Of a stretch of 64,000 nucleotides of DNA, positions 19,501 to 32,081 are shown piece by piece. The DNA is from Myxococcota bacterium. Lineage in GTDB: Bacteria > Myxococcota > XYA12-FULL-58-9 > JASMKV01. The first letter of the stretch is position 1, and each line of letters starts with the position of its first letter. The DNA lies in NCBI GenBank assembly GCA_030749035.1, contig JASMKV010000301.1:4523-68522 (forward strand), given 5' to 3'. The notes below the pieces were generated by a model, which was not told the origin of the DNA, ran no database searches, and saw nothing but the letters and a program-made list of their open reading frames with translations. Both the position numbers and the translations under genes were made by a program.

Positions 19501-20444
19501 TACCCGAAATCCTCATCACCACCACTGGGCAACTGCGTTATATCGGCAATGGCTCAAAGCAAACTATCTCTGGAAACCTTGATTTGGACACGCTTGAATA
19601 CACTGAGAATTTGGAACTGGAGCATCTTATACCCAGAAGACAAGCCATCTCATTTAGGCAAGGTGCGGGTGAAGCTGAGCCGACCACACTGGCCATCAAA
19701 TTAAATGCACCGAATAACTTGAATATATCAAACAGTCTCATCGAGGCTGAACTTCAAGCAGATTTACTTTTAACCGGAACGATTGAAAACATGGGACTCA
19801 TTGGCACCATAAGTCCTTTATGGGCAAAAGTTAAATATCGAGAAAACACATTCGAACTATCTCGAGGCTCCCTCAACTTTACAGAGGAATATCGAATTTT
19901 TAGTGAATTTGATTTTCGCGCGACAACGAGCGCCTGCGGTATGGATATTTTGGTCGACATAGAGGGCAATTCTGACTCATACCACATCATACCCAGCGGC
20001 AAAGATACCCAGGGCAGCGTCAATCCTCAAGACGCCTTAGCTTGCTTACAATTTGGCCTACGTCTGGAGGATTTTAGAGGCGCGAATGCTGCCGGCCTCA
20101 GCGATACCTTGCCCGGAAGTCTCGATGCACTTTGGACCGTGTCTGGTCTGGACGAAAAAGTGCGTAAGCTTTTGCCCGCACCTGTCATCGACCAATTTCG
20201 CTTAACCAGTGGGTGGTCCTCTAAAAGTCAAAAAACAACAGCAAGACTATTGATCGGCAAAGGTATTGGCAAAAATATGGAATTAACATATTCGCGCTCA
20301 ATTGAAGCAATCACGGACCAAGAATTCAGTTTGCGTTATAAGCTATCCCCCATTGCAACCGTTCAAGGAACCTGGGCAAGTGACAATGAAGTCCCTGTCG
20401 GTGATCTTGGACTTGACTTAAAGCTTCGTTGGGAATTTCGTTAA
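16560..20444 (+). CDS. tamB: TamB/AsmA-family inner-membrane-anchored translocation and assembly module protein (1294 aa)
   Basis: An N-terminal signal-anchor is followed by a very long β-rich repetitive body and a conserved C-terminal DUF490-like end. It lies immediately upstream of an Omp85 gene. Confidence 0.65.
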   Translation: MQRILFVIVTILLGLSMGALVGIKNPQVEQNLKSHLENFIFKKTQIPSQIGSLNIHIWPPGLQLEDLTFYRPSEEQPWVKIKRIKLAVQLWPNQQGDWVLNRLIVDGLNANLILPANTQNNAEVKSSSFDTTKKLPFDIQHLAFWNTNLLIQRGDSLLDIRKADFEIRPLEQDKRSIQLAVASGHLTHAEHDIAFETILKAYLRGSLAQPKAASIEHAYVDLKRITLEAAGNMEFDDSGAHFDVGFNGKLNFDQIRRIITDIPNIDGELQFHTQILGTPANPSIHVSIETDELYYDEIDYGQIKLATVYKNSRLRANSIHYKHKSIGKLTGSGELDLGGDQNFTINSRLHNFKLEELLERVDIPHAWVRLDLSGDAEITGKLAGKGLKLKLDTLVNNFESLDRTYRSSQAEKLLHLKKLRLKGNTFLTTQYIDLNNIDVGLSKNHYQINGTLRFEKMNGFNIRVKSSHANLQDFGHIAGLEFLGHGEIAAALEGPYAGPTISGTLNLNEASIAGYRIGDLRTTIIYNQNKLKLERMHGQRDGGRFTGAVNLNFALNPTLISGALNLYDVPSAPLLRDLGINIRSAEQIRGKLQGMVSVNGALTQPNGFFEATTKQLSLAQISLDENHIRGGFFDKDHVLWVEIKKEKRNEPFDFNLYWKYDDTIKFSAKWLNLKSNRFQKLVPEQKLQGTLSGDLELAGPFSNIEGFFSAQAKDLSVGDVQFKNLNVDVKKKGTSIDLAANLFDSKPNLRLHIETTKHNPFVLELQLNGLDSKDIIDGLPNYSFLTSGKIALNGFIEKPKQTRGAITLKRLELGWLENKLVSKKGLDVLIQKQKVILQPTQFNAPGLSLATKGFYHFNNSLSFDLESKGDLSVLSAIDDSIEFARGPFSTKIHAEGPLEELSYNGTGNISNAALLLSSLGEPLNEIEMLFNIKDRNFNITSASASTGQGMMKLRGSAHFPINESAKLEFEVSLDRAHLRPLPEILITTTGQLRYIGNGSKQTISGNLDLDTLEYTENLELEHLIPRRQAISFRQGAGEAEPTTLAIKLNAPNNLNISNSLIEAELQADLLLTGTIENMGLIGTISPLWAKVKYRENTFELSRGSLNFTEEYRIFSEFDFRATTSACGMDILVDIEGNSDSYHIIPSGKDTQGSVNPQDALACLQFGLRLEDFRGANAAGLSDTLPGSLDALWTVSGLDEKVRKLLPAPVIDQFRLTSGWSSKSQKTTARLLIGKGIGKNMELTYSRSIEAITDQEFSLRYKLSPIATVQGTWASDNEVPVGDLGLDLKLRWEFR

Positions 20445-20447
20445 GAT

Positions 20448-23400
20448 ATGATCGCCACTTTTATATGCGCTTCGTTTATGTTTTCGGCGCTGAGCGCTGA
20501 AATTAATCCGGAGCCCTACGAAAATAAACCCATCCTTTCAATCGACATTGAAGCCCCTCTTTATGAAGACATCAGTGAATTAAAAGACGTCATTGGCATT
20601 GAGCGTGGATATCTCTTTAGTTTGAATGATTTGCAAGCAGCACAAAAACGTCTCTATGCATTGGGTCGTTTTACCGATGTTCGCGTTTATGCCAGCAGAC
20701 AACAACAATCGGTCGAACTTATTTTTTATTTGCGTGGTATCAAGCGCTTACAAAAACTTGAATTCCAGGGATTGAGCACGACAAAGAAGAGTAAATTGCG
20801 TGAATATCTTGCCATAAGGCCTGGCATAGAGCTCGGTGAAAAATTTGAAAATAAATTGGTCAAAAATATTAAAACATGGCTATCCAATCATGGTTTTCTT
20901 GAATCTGCCGTTTCACTAGAAACGATAGAGAACCCTGCTCAGGCTGAAAACACGATAATTGCCAACATCTTTCAAGGCGAGCAAACAAAAATTAACAAGA
21001 TTGTTTTCCAAGGAGAATTTCATGTTTTCCCTGAATTGCTTATGAACACAATCCGAACCAAAGAAAATCGACCTTTTAATGTGGATGAGCTTGAAAAAGA
21101 CAGAATCCGCCTGGAAAAGATTTTTCTTGAGCGAGGCTTCCTGAGGGTTAAAGTTTTTCCCCCAGAAACACAAATCAAAAATGAACAGGCGTCTGTACGC
21201 TTTAAGGTTAACGCTGGTCCACGAATACAAGTCATCATTGATGGTAATACTGTTTTAACAAAAAAAGAAATCTTGTTTTTGTGGCCACTTAAAGATGAAC
21301 CCCTTGGGCCTGGCACCATTGAACTTTTTGCCTCCAAGTTGAAGCAACACTATCATTTCCTGGGATTTCCCGATGCAACCATAAAAACAGAGCTGACAAA
21401 ATCAAAAAGTGGTCTTTCAGAAACAATTCTCTACTCTATCAAGGAAGGGCCGCACCCTTACGTCGAGAACCTTGAAATCGATGGTTTGAGCTTTTTTGAG
21501 CCGTCCTTTATTAAAAACCAAATAAAGGACGAGCTCTCTTTGCGCTTAGAGGATTACCTTATTTCACAGCGAAAATTTTCACGTGAACTCTCCAGTGCCT
21601 GGCTCTCAAGCAAACAAATCACAGCAAAAGAACACCATTCATCAAATCAAGAGTTTTCAGTCGCCAACCGCTGGGTGCCGAGACTTTATAAGCAGGCACT
21701 CGACAGCATTATTGCGATTTACCATGAACATGGTTACCTGGAAGCCAAACACAAAGCCTGCAAGCTTGAACTGAATAAAAGTGGGTTTTATACAGCCAGA
21801 TGCAAACTCATTCTCGGCGAACAAATCGAACTCAAAACAATCCGATTTAAAGGGCCTAAAATCGATTCTCCAGAATCTCATTTTGAACTTGTAAAAAATG
21901 TTTTTGAGACCGGACTCATGGGTCTGCAAAAGCCTGTCGGCGGCAAATGGTTTCTTTCTTATGCCAAGGTGGAAAAAGGTCGTATAAAACTTGTTCGCGA
22001 TTATCGAAACAAGGGCTATCTTTATGTTCAAATCGACAAGGACATTCAATTCGACCCAGACAATACCGCCCATCTCACCTATATCCTCACTCCAGGCCCC
22101 CAGGTGCATATTGGCAGGACCCTCGTCAAAGGTAACGTCTACACAAATGAAAGCATCATCCGAAGTCGTCTTTCGATAAAACCTGGTGACGTCTACAGTT
22201 TACAACAAGCGATAAATGCACAGCGTTCTATTTCTGATTTAGGTGTGTTTCGGCGCGTTCGCGTCAAACTCATTGATGAAGAAATACCTTCTGAACAAAA
22301 AGACTTGGTTGCTGAGGTCATTGAGCGTGACCGACAACCCATAGAATTAAGTCCTGGCATCTCCACCGCAGATGGGCCACGTTTAAGACTTTCATATTCG
22401 CATATCAATGTACTGGGGACCGCATCAACGTTTACAGGAACGGCTAAATTAAATCGGCAAATGTTTTTCTCCTTATTTGGTGATTATGCCGAAAGCCTCG
22501 AAGACCGTTATCGTTCTTATGACCCTTCCGAACAATTCCTAAAAGCTGTCGAAAGAGAGCTGCGCTTCGGTATACGCTCACCAAAGCTTATTAATTTAGC
22601 CTTAAGCCCTTTATTTCGCTTCGATGTGATACACGAACGCGAAAACACAATTCCCTATTCCTTGGATACAGCCGCTGCTATTTTTGGTATCGAAATGACA
22701 CCGATAAAACATCTGAGCTTTGCATTGGAGCCGCAACTTTCTCTGACCAACCTTGAATGTGAAACTCTTTTGCAAAGCGAGGAAACAAGCGATTGCACCA
22801 GTGACATCTTTCAGGAAAACAATGAGAGACGCCGTATCGACAAAGGACTCCGTCAAAGTGCTAAAATAGGACCTACGCTGACTTACGATGGGCGTAATGA
22901 TCCCATCAACCCACATCGTGGAATATGGCTGCACGCCTCAGCCCAAAGCGTCAACGGGCAATCTCAGGAAAACAGTGCCGCCACATTCGAACCATTCTCT
23001 TACACTAAAATCGAGTCCAACTTTACCGCTTACTTGCCTCTATGGCGTGCAACCTTCGCTTTTTCAGCGCGCGGTGGAACAATTCTCAATACCGAAAACA
23101 GTGCTGTTCCAATTGATGAACGCTTTTATCTCGGTGGTCGCGATACGCTGCGAGGTTATATTGAGGGGACAATGATTCCTGAAGATGCTTGCTTGATCAG
23201 CGATGGCGGCGTCTCCGCAGAGCCCAATCAATGTGCGGAGACTCTTATTGTAGAGCAAGGGGGCACACCCATTTCTCGTGGCGGAAACACCTTTGCCTTA
23301 TTGAAATCAGAATTGCGGCTACCTTTTAGCGAGAGCTTTTCCATCGGGCTCTTTGTTGACATGGGTAACCTATGGGTAAATCAGCCAAACACAAAAAATT

Positions 23401-23546
23401 TGCGCTGGCGCTTTGGTACAGGCGCAGGTATACGCTACAAAACCCCTGTTGGTGCTTTGGCGCTGGACTGGGGGCTAAATCCGAATCCCCGGGAAGATTA
23501 CAATGAGCAACAGAGCAACATTCATTTTTCGGTTGGTCTTTTTTAA
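20448..23546 (+). CDS. Omp85-family outer-membrane protein (TamA/BamA-like, 1032 aa) with POTRA repeats and a C-terminal β-barrel
   Basis: A signal peptide is followed by POTRA-like repeats (…ERGYLFSL…, …RGFLRVKV…) and a C-terminal barrel ending …IHFSVGLF (terminal Phe). It is start-coupled 4 nt after tamB-like. Confidence 0.7.
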   Translation: MIATFICASFMFSALSAEINPEPYENKPILSIDIEAPLYEDISELKDVIGIERGYLFSLNDLQAAQKRLYALGRFTDVRVYASRQQQSVELIFYLRGIKRLQKLEFQGLSTTKKSKLREYLAIRPGIELGEKFENKLVKNIKTWLSNHGFLESAVSLETIENPAQAENTIIANIFQGEQTKINKIVFQGEFHVFPELLMNTIRTKENRPFNVDELEKDRIRLEKIFLERGFLRVKVFPPETQIKNEQASVRFKVNAGPRIQVIIDGNTVLTKKEILFLWPLKDEPLGPGTIELFASKLKQHYHFLGFPDATIKTELTKSKSGLSETILYSIKEGPHPYVENLEIDGLSFFEPSFIKNQIKDELSLRLEDYLISQRKFSRELSSAWLSSKQITAKEHHSSNQEFSVANRWVPRLYKQALDSIIAIYHEHGYLEAKHKACKLELNKSGFYTARCKLILGEQIELKTIRFKGPKIDSPESHFELVKNVFETGLMGLQKPVGGKWFLSYAKVEKGRIKLVRDYRNKGYLYVQIDKDIQFDPDNTAHLTYILTPGPQVHIGRTLVKGNVYTNESIIRSRLSIKPGDVYSLQQAINAQRSISDLGVFRRVRVKLIDEEIPSEQKDLVAEVIERDRQPIELSPGISTADGPRLRLSYSHINVLGTASTFTGTAKLNRQMFFSLFGDYAESLEDRYRSYDPSEQFLKAVERELRFGIRSPKLINLALSPLFRFDVIHERENTIPYSLDTAAAIFGIEMTPIKHLSFALEPQLSLTNLECETLLQSEETSDCTSDIFQENNERRRIDKGLRQSAKIGPTLTYDGRNDPINPHRGIWLHASAQSVNGQSQENSAATFEPFSYTKIESNFTAYLPLWRATFAFSARGGTILNTENSAVPIDERFYLGGRDTLRGYIEGTMIPEDACLISDGGVSAEPNQCAETLIVEQGGTPISRGGNTFALLKSELRLPFSESFSIGLFVDMGNLWVNQPNTKNLRWRFGTGAGIRYKTPVGALALDWGLNPNPREDYNEQQSNIHFSVGLF

Positions 23547-23551
23547 AATGA

Positions 23552-24310
23552 TTGCCTGTAGCGATGCATAATATTATTGCGATACCCGCGCGCTATGCGT
23601 CAACACGCCTTCCGCATAAGCCCTTACAAGAACTGGGTGGGCAACCGCTCATCCTCAGAACTCTGCAACAGGCCCAAAAGGCTAAATTGGCCGAAGCCGT
23701 TTTTGTTGTCACCGACGATCAAAGAATCGTTGATGCATTAAAACCCCATCACGAGAACATTATCTTAAGTCAGCGTGAATTTAAAAGCGGCACCGATCGA
23801 ATTGCTGCCGCGTTATTGCCCTTAAAAGCTAAACACATCATTAATCTCCAAGTCGATGAACCCTTTATCGATCCTTTAGAGCTTGATGCTATTTTTCATG
23901 CCTTACAAAATCCACAAGTGGATATTGCGACCCTCAAAACTGAAATAAACACTCCCGAAGATCTTCACGATCCAAATGTTGTCAAAGTCGTTTGTCGTGA
24001 CAATCAAGAGGCGCTGTATTTTTCTCGTGCAGCCATTCCACACAAGCAAAATTGTAATCCATGCGGTCAAATTTGGTATAAACACATTGGCGTCTATGGG
24101 TATCAAGCCAAAGCTTTAGAGAAATTCTGCTCTCTTCCCCCCCACCCGCTCGAAGAAAGCGAAAAGCTCGAACAACTGCGTGCCTTAGCCGCAGGACTAA
24201 ATATTGTCTGCCTGGAGACCAGAGGTACGCATTTAGGCATTGATACTCAAGAAGATCTAAATAGAGCAAAAGAAATTGTTGACAAGTTCGGCGAAAAAGC
24301 TTTTCCATAG
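23552..24310 (+). CDS. kdsB: 3-deoxy-manno-octulosonate cytidylyltransferase (CMP-KDO synthetase)
   Basis: IIAIPARYASTRLPHKPL…, …VDEPFIDP… and the ~250 aa size. Confidence 0.85.
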   Translation: MPVAMHNIIAIPARYASTRLPHKPLQELGGQPLILRTLQQAQKAKLAEAVFVVTDDQRIVDALKPHHENIILSQREFKSGTDRIAAALLPLKAKHIINLQVDEPFIDPLELDAIFHALQNPQVDIATLKTEINTPEDLHDPNVVKVVCRDNQEALYFSRAAIPHKQNCNPCGQIWYKHIGVYGYQAKALEKFCSLPPHPLEESEKLEQLRALAAGLNIVCLETRGTHLGIDTQEDLNRAKEIVDKFGEKAFP

Positions 24311-26756
<2,446 letters not shown>

Positions 26757-26760
<4 letters not shown>

Positions 26761-27707
26761 ACATGACGTCGAGTGCAAGCACCCCTGAATTGCCCAAGCG
26801 CTGGAGCAAAACTCAGGTTTTAAAAAACACACTGATTTATCTTGTTCTAAGAGGCATCGTCGCCATCATGCAAAAGCTTCCTTGGTTTTGCCTACAAATA
26901 TTGGCACAGCTTTTGGCCCCAATGGCCTATCTCGTTGCCACTAAAGAACGCCAAGTTGCTCTTCAAAATTTGGAAATGGCGTTACCTGAACTTAGCCCAG
27001 CACAAAGAAAAACCATCACGCGTAAAATGTTTCAACACCTTGCACTCTCTGTGATGGAGATTATCCAAATCGACAGGTTTTTTACGGCCGAAAAATCGCT
27101 GCTGCTCAAACCAGAGCACCGGAAACTCTTTGAACAGGCCCTTGCACAGGGCCAAGGCGTCGTTGCCGTCACAGGACATATTGGAAACTGGGAACTTTTG
27201 GCGCAATTTTTAGTTAAAGAGGGCATTCCCATGGTAACGATTGCACGACCCACCTACGATCCACGCCTCACAAAATGGCTTGATGCTGTTCGTTCCCAAT
27301 ATGGCCTCGAAGTCATATGGCGCGGAGAAAACAGTGTCTCACGCGAAATGATTAGGACTTTTAGAGACAACAAAATACTCGCATTGCTTATGGACCAGGA
27401 CACCCGCGTACAAAGCATTTTTGCACCTTTTTTTGGACGTATGGCGCATACGCCAAGCGCTGCTGCCGCATTGGCATTACGGTTTAATGCGCCAATTATT
27501 CTCGGCTGGTCGCATCGGGAAGAAAATGGTCATGAGTTTTATTTTGAGCGGATTGACCCGCCGGCAACAAAAGATCACGACATTGCCAAAACTGAGCTTA
27601 TCCATCTGCTTAACCAAAAGTTAGAAAGCGCAATTCGACGCAAACCAGAACAATGGGTTTGGCTTCATCAACGCTGGAAGACAGAGTCGTCAAACAATGA
27701 AACCTAA
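26757..27707 (+). CDS. lpxL: Lipid A biosynthesis late acyltransferase (LpxL/HtrB family)
   Basis: An N-terminal TM segment, the H(x)4D acyltransferase motif TGHIGNWEL, and the ~316 aa size. Confidence 0.7.
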
Positions 27708-27764
27708 AATTCTCACAGGAAAAGCCTTTTATATCTGCAAGCAAACGTATAAAAGTCATAATCA

Positions 27765-28292
27765 ATGATGAATATACTATTACAAGGCATTCTTATCATT
27801 GCCCAGCTCTCACTCGCCCTGCCCAAAAAGGAAGGTCCCCCAAAAGAAGTTGAGTTTCGCTGCGACAATATGCAGGTAGATACCAAAAACCATACCACCT
27901 TGTGCACTGACAATGTGGTTTTGCGACGCGGCGATGTTTTGCTTTGCTGCAATAAACTCGAAGCCCATTCCGATCATGAATGGAACTGGCAAACCTTTAA
28001 TTGTCTAGAGAACGTTCGCGCCAAACGTAAAAACGAACTCATGTGGTCGAACAAAGCCAGCTTCCATCACCAAAAAAATGAAATATATTTAACAGGGAAG
28101 CCCTATTTAAAACGTGGTGCAAGCCTACTGACTGGCAAAAAGATTATTATTGACCTAAGTCAAGAAGCCGCAAAGGTCATAAAACCGCGTGGCACCATCA
28201 ATGCAAATAATGCCGAGAAAACAAAAGTCAATCATATCGAATTACCCGCAAAACTTCTCCCAGAACAATGCCCAATCCCGTCCAGAACATGA
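27765..28292 (+). CDS. lptA: LptA/LptC-family (OstA-like) LPS transport periplasmic protein
   Basis: A signal/anchor is followed by an OstA-like β-jellyroll segment (…DNVVLRRGDVLLCCNKLE…). It lies immediately upstream of lptB. Confidence 0.55.
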   Translation: MMNILLQGILIIAQLSLALPKKEGPPKEVEFRCDNMQVDTKNHTTLCTDNVVLRRGDVLLCCNKLEAHSDHEWNWQTFNCLENVRAKRKNELMWSNKASFHHQKNEIYLTGKPYLKRGASLLTGKKIIIDLSQEAAKVIKPRGTINANNAEKTKVNHIELPAKLLPEQCPIPSRT

Positions 28293-29041
28293 GCGAAGCA
28301 CCAGATAAGATGCAAAAACAACAAAGCCTGCGCGCATCCCATCTCAACCACGCCTATCATCGCAGACAAGTCGTCAAGGATGTTTCATTTGAAGTTCATC
28401 CTGGAGAAATCGTTGGCCTCTTAGGACCCAATGGTGCTGGTAAAACCACCTCGTTTAATTTAGCCACCGGCCTTCTGCCACTCCGCGAAGGCGAGGTCTC
28501 CTTAGGCGTCCAGCAACTTGGACATTTACCCCTCTATAAAAGAGCCCTTTTGGGGCTTGGGTATCTGCCGCAAGAATCAACTATTTTTCGCGGCTTAAGT
28601 GTGGAAGATAATTTCCTTGCCATACTTGATGCGACAAAAGAAAAAAGCGAACAAAAAAACATAAAATGTGAAACGTTAATCAAACAATTTAATCTTGAGC
28701 ATGTACGAAAAAATATGGGCTCACAGCTTTCAGGAGGAGAGCGTCGTCGCGTCGAGATGGCGCGAGCCTTAATTAATCAGCCAAGCATCCTCTTGCTGGA
28801 CGAACCCTTCGCGGGGATCGATCCCATCGCTGTGTCAGATATCAGAAAATTGATACTCAAAATTCAAAGTGAAGGCATCGGCATCCTCATCACTGACCAT
28901 AACGTACGGGAAACACTCACCATTTGCGATAGAGCCTACCTTATTTCGGACGGCAAAATACTCTTAACGGGGACCCCAGAAGAAATCGTCAGCAATGCTG
29001 AAGCGCGGGCCACCTATTTTGGTGAAGATTTTGTTTTGTAA
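28268..29041 (+). CDS. lptB: LPS export ABC transporter ATP-binding protein
   Basis: Walker A GPNGAGKTT, the ABC signature LSGGERRRVEMA and Walker B LLLDEP. It sits in the canonical position before rpoN. Confidence 0.85.
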   Translation: MPNPVQNMSEAPDKMQKQQSLRASHLNHAYHRRQVVKDVSFEVHPGEIVGLLGPNGAGKTTSFNLATGLLPLREGEVSLGVQQLGHLPLYKRALLGLGYLPQESTIFRGLSVEDNFLAILDATKEKSEQKNIKCETLIKQFNLEHVRKNMGSQLSGGERRRVEMARALINQPSILLLDEPFAGIDPIAVSDIRKLILKIQSEGIGILITDHNVRETLTICDRAYLISDGKILLTGTPEEIVSNAEARATYFGEDFVL

Positions 29042-29098
29042 GACATGCTAAGCTAGCATATATATAAGGACAGAGGGAAAATAGAGAGGTAAGATCAA

Positions 29099-30679
29099 AT
29101 GGCGTTTGAACTTCGCTTACAGCAAAAAATGTCACAGCAGCTGGTGATGACGCCTCAGCTGCAACAAGCGATCAAGCTTCTGCAACTCTCACACTTGGAG
29201 CTGGCCGATGTGCTTCGTCAAGAAATGGAAGAAAACCCCATTCTTGAAGAGCAAGGCCATGAGTCCCAACCCGATGAAGCGCCCCGGAGCGATCCTGAAA
29301 ATGACGGACTGATGGGTTTGGACACTGCCCCTAAAGCTCCGGAAGGCAGCACCGAACCCCCCAGCGAAGGTTCGGCCGATAGCGCCGCAGAAAACTTAGC
29401 CAACACCGCGACTTCAGAAATTGCCAATGATCTGACCAAAAGTGTGAGTGATAATCCTTCAGAAAATGCGCCCGAGCCATCTGCCAAAGAACTTGAAAAT
29501 GACATCGATTGGGAAGCATACCTCGAATCGCAAAGCTACTCGTTGCCAGCAAGTGCGGGCGGCACAAACTTTGATGACATGCCTGCTTTTGACGCCACCT
29601 TAAGTGCCCCTGGCTCACTTATTGAACATATGCGCTGGCAAGTGCAAATGGCTGATTTTAGCGAAAAGGAACTGCCCATAACCATGCGCATCATTGAGGA
29701 ACTCAACGATGATGGCTATGTGCCTGAAGATATCTGTGACATTGTTGCTGAAGATCTTGAAATCTCTCCTGAAGATGTCGAAGTGCTCTTATTAAGATTA
29801 CAAAGTTTTGAACCACTCGGCGTTGCCGCACGTAACCTCAGAGAATCACTTCTTATACAATTGGCGGAAACGCCGTATAATCAATCTCTGGTGCGAGATA
29901 TCATCGACCGTTTTTTACCACAAATGGAGCGCCGCAATTATCAAGCCGTGGCCAAAGAACTTAAGGTTCCTCTGGCCGAAATCGGCGAGGCACTCAAAGT
30001 CATTGCGCATCTCGAGCCCCGCCCTGGACGTAGCCATAACGAAAAGCAGGCTGAGTATATTGCGCCTGACATCTACGTGAAAAGAGTCGGCGACGAGTAT
30101 GTGATTTTACAAAATGATGACGGTTTACCGAAATTAAGAATTTCAAATTACTACCGCAAAGCCTTAGAGGGTTCTGGTGGTGAAACAAAAGAGTTTATTC
30201 AGGATAAAATGCGTTCAGCCGCATGGTTGATCCGTTCTATCCACATGCGCCAACGCACCATTTATCGGGTCATGGAAAGCATTCTCAAATTTCAACAAGA
30301 CTTTTTTGAAAAAGGCGTTGAACATCTAAAGCCGCTCGTCCTTAAAGATGTGGCCGAAGATATTGAAATGCATGAATCGACCATTTCGCGGGTGACCACC
30401 AATAAATACGTGCATACCCCCCAAGGCATTTTTGAGCTCAAGTATTTTTTCAACTCCTCAATCTCTTCAAGTGGGGGGGGAGATGATGTTGCCTCGGAGT
30501 CGGTCCGCAACCACATTAAAAATCTCGTGGCCACCGAAGATCCTAAAAAACCCTTATCAGATCAGAAGTTAGTACAACTCCTGGCTGAAAAAGACATCAA
30601 GGTTGCACGCCGAACTGTCGCTAAGTATCGAGAAATGTTAAATATTCAATCATCATCACGGCGTAAAAAAGTCTTTTAA
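29099..30679 (+). CDS. rpoN: RNA polymerase sigma-54 factor
   Basis: The N-terminus MAFELRLQQKMSQQLVMTPQLQQAIKLLQL is followed by an acidic linker and the C-terminal RpoN box (…ARRTVAKYRE…). Confidence 0.95.
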   Translation: MAFELRLQQKMSQQLVMTPQLQQAIKLLQLSHLELADVLRQEMEENPILEEQGHESQPDEAPRSDPENDGLMGLDTAPKAPEGSTEPPSEGSADSAAENLANTATSEIANDLTKSVSDNPSENAPEPSAKELENDIDWEAYLESQSYSLPASAGGTNFDDMPAFDATLSAPGSLIEHMRWQVQMADFSEKELPITMRIIEELNDDGYVPEDICDIVAEDLEISPEDVEVLLLRLQSFEPLGVAARNLRESLLIQLAETPYNQSLVRDIIDRFLPQMERRNYQAVAKELKVPLAEIGEALKVIAHLEPRPGRSHNEKQAEYIAPDIYVKRVGDEYVILQNDDGLPKLRISNYYRKALEGSGGETKEFIQDKMRSAAWLIRSIHMRQRTIYRVMESILKFQQDFFEKGVEHLKPLVLKDVAEDIEMHESTISRVTTNKYVHTPQGIFELKYFFNSSISSSGGGDDVASESVRNHIKNLVATEDPKKPLSDQKLVQLLAEKDIKVARRTVAKYREMLNIQSSSRRKKVF

Positions 30680-30773
30680 AGACTGGCGTCTATCGATCTT
30701 TTCTTAAAAAATTGTCCTAAATTCGGCATGTTGACTTGCCAAAGATGAGACTTTTGCGCTATCAGCCGCGGCC

Positions 30774-31154
30774 ATGGTAAACACAAAAAACTTGGAGCTG
30801 ATTAGCCGATACCAACTCGGCGTCGTCGCCATCGCCGGCACTTTGTGCATGATTTTCGTCAGCGAAATCGCCTTTTCTACCATTTTAGGCGGTGCGCTCA
30901 TAGCGGCCAACTTTGGCCTCCTCAAATGGCTTATGAAGCGCGCCATGAGTGGACAAAAGAGCGCCCTTCTCTATGCGCTTTTGCTGGGCACCAAGCTCAT
31001 CGTCGTACTCGGTGTCATTGGACTCCTCATGCACTACTCACTCATACATCCGATTGGTTTTGCTTTAGGGCTTTCAACATTATTTGTTGCGATGCTTTTG
31101 ACTGCAATTCACACAGCACTGCAACCTGGCAGCCCTAACAATCATCAGGCTTAG
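30774..31154 (+). CDS. atpI: Small 4-TM membrane protein preceding atpB (ATP synthase protein I / AtpZ-like)
   Basis: 126 aa with four hydrophobic helices. Its position directly upstream of atpB supports the call. Confidence 0.4.
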   Translation: MVNTKNLELISRYQLGVVAIAGTLCMIFVSEIAFSTILGGALIAANFGLLKWLMKRAMSGQKSALLYALLLGTKLIVVLGVIGLLMHYSLIHPIGFALGLSTLFVAMLLTAIHTALQPGSPNNHQA

Positions 31155-31171
31155 AAAGAAAAGGTTTTTTC

Positions 31172-31972
31172 ATGGAACACGGCGTTACTTGGTTATCTTT
31201 TTTACCCGGCTATGCACAACTTGAGCACTACCTTCAACAACAGTCGCACGGTATCCTTTTTGAATCTGCCTTAAGTATTCAACACGTGCTCAGCGCCATG
31301 CTTTCTGCCAGTGTTGTCATCGTTATTGCTCTTTTGGCCCGACGCGATCTCAATCAAGCAGGTGAAAATGGCATCATTCCTGATGATCGCATTTCTATAC
31401 GCAATGTCTTAGAGGTTGTTTTCTCTGCACTTTACGGACAAATGAAATCCATTATTGGTAAAGATGCTGCACGCTATTTTCCGGTCATCGCCGCCTTAAG
31501 TCTGTTTATCTTTTTCTCTAATATTATGGGGCTCATCCCTGGCTTTAGCCCACCAACAGATAATTGGAATACAACATTTGCTTGCGGTGGATTTGTTTTT
31601 GTTTACTATAACTTTCACGGGCTACGCACCCACGGTATGGGCCATATAGCACATATGGCTAATCCTGCCGGCGAATGGTGGGGATGGTTCCTGGCACCAC
31701 TCATGTTTCCTATCGAGTTGGTCAGCCATTGTGCGCGCCCATTTTCACTTGGTGTTCGCTTAGCTGCAAATATGGTTGGCGATCATGCTGTTTTGTTCGC
31801 ATTTCTTGGTTTGGTACCCGTCCTCGTTCCCTTACCATTCCTGGCTCTCGGACTTATGGTATGCCTCATTCAAACGCTCGTATTTATATTACTGTCAATG
31901 ATTTATATAGGAATGGCTGTTGCAGATGCGCATGGTGAAGAACACCACGATGAAGCCGCAGCTCATGCCTAA
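31172..31972 (+). CDS. atpB: F0F1 ATP synthase subunit a
   Basis: A polytopic membrane protein with the conserved Arg-containing helix …FSLGVRLAANMVGDH…. Confidence 0.8.
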   Translation: MEHGVTWLSFLPGYAQLEHYLQQQSHGILFESALSIQHVLSAMLSASVVIVIALLARRDLNQAGENGIIPDDRISIRNVLEVVFSALYGQMKSIIGKDAARYFPVIAALSLFIFFSNIMGLIPGFSPPTDNWNTTFACGGFVFVYYNFHGLRTHGMGHIAHMANPAGEWWGWFLAPLMFPIELVSHCARPFSLGVRLAANMVGDHAVLFAFLGLVPVLVPLPFLALGLMVCLIQTLVFILLSMIYIGMAVADAHGEEHHDEAAAHA

Positions 31973-32081
31973 TTAATTTAATTGCTTTGTAAGCGCTCAT
32001 CGCTGGCCGGGAGAGAGAAGTAGAGGTCGTGAAGGAGAGAGCCGGGATTAACGCAAGCAAAGCCCTAAAGGAGAAAATATA

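Noticed and set aside
29218-29618. Antisense ORFs within the acidic linker of rpoN
   Set aside because: They lie inside a confidently identified gene and arise from GC-rich acidic-linker codons.
31973-32081. A hairpin in the atpB–atpE leader (ggccgggagagag…gagagagccggg)
   Set aside because: The arms are a mirror repeat, not reverse complements, so no stem can form.
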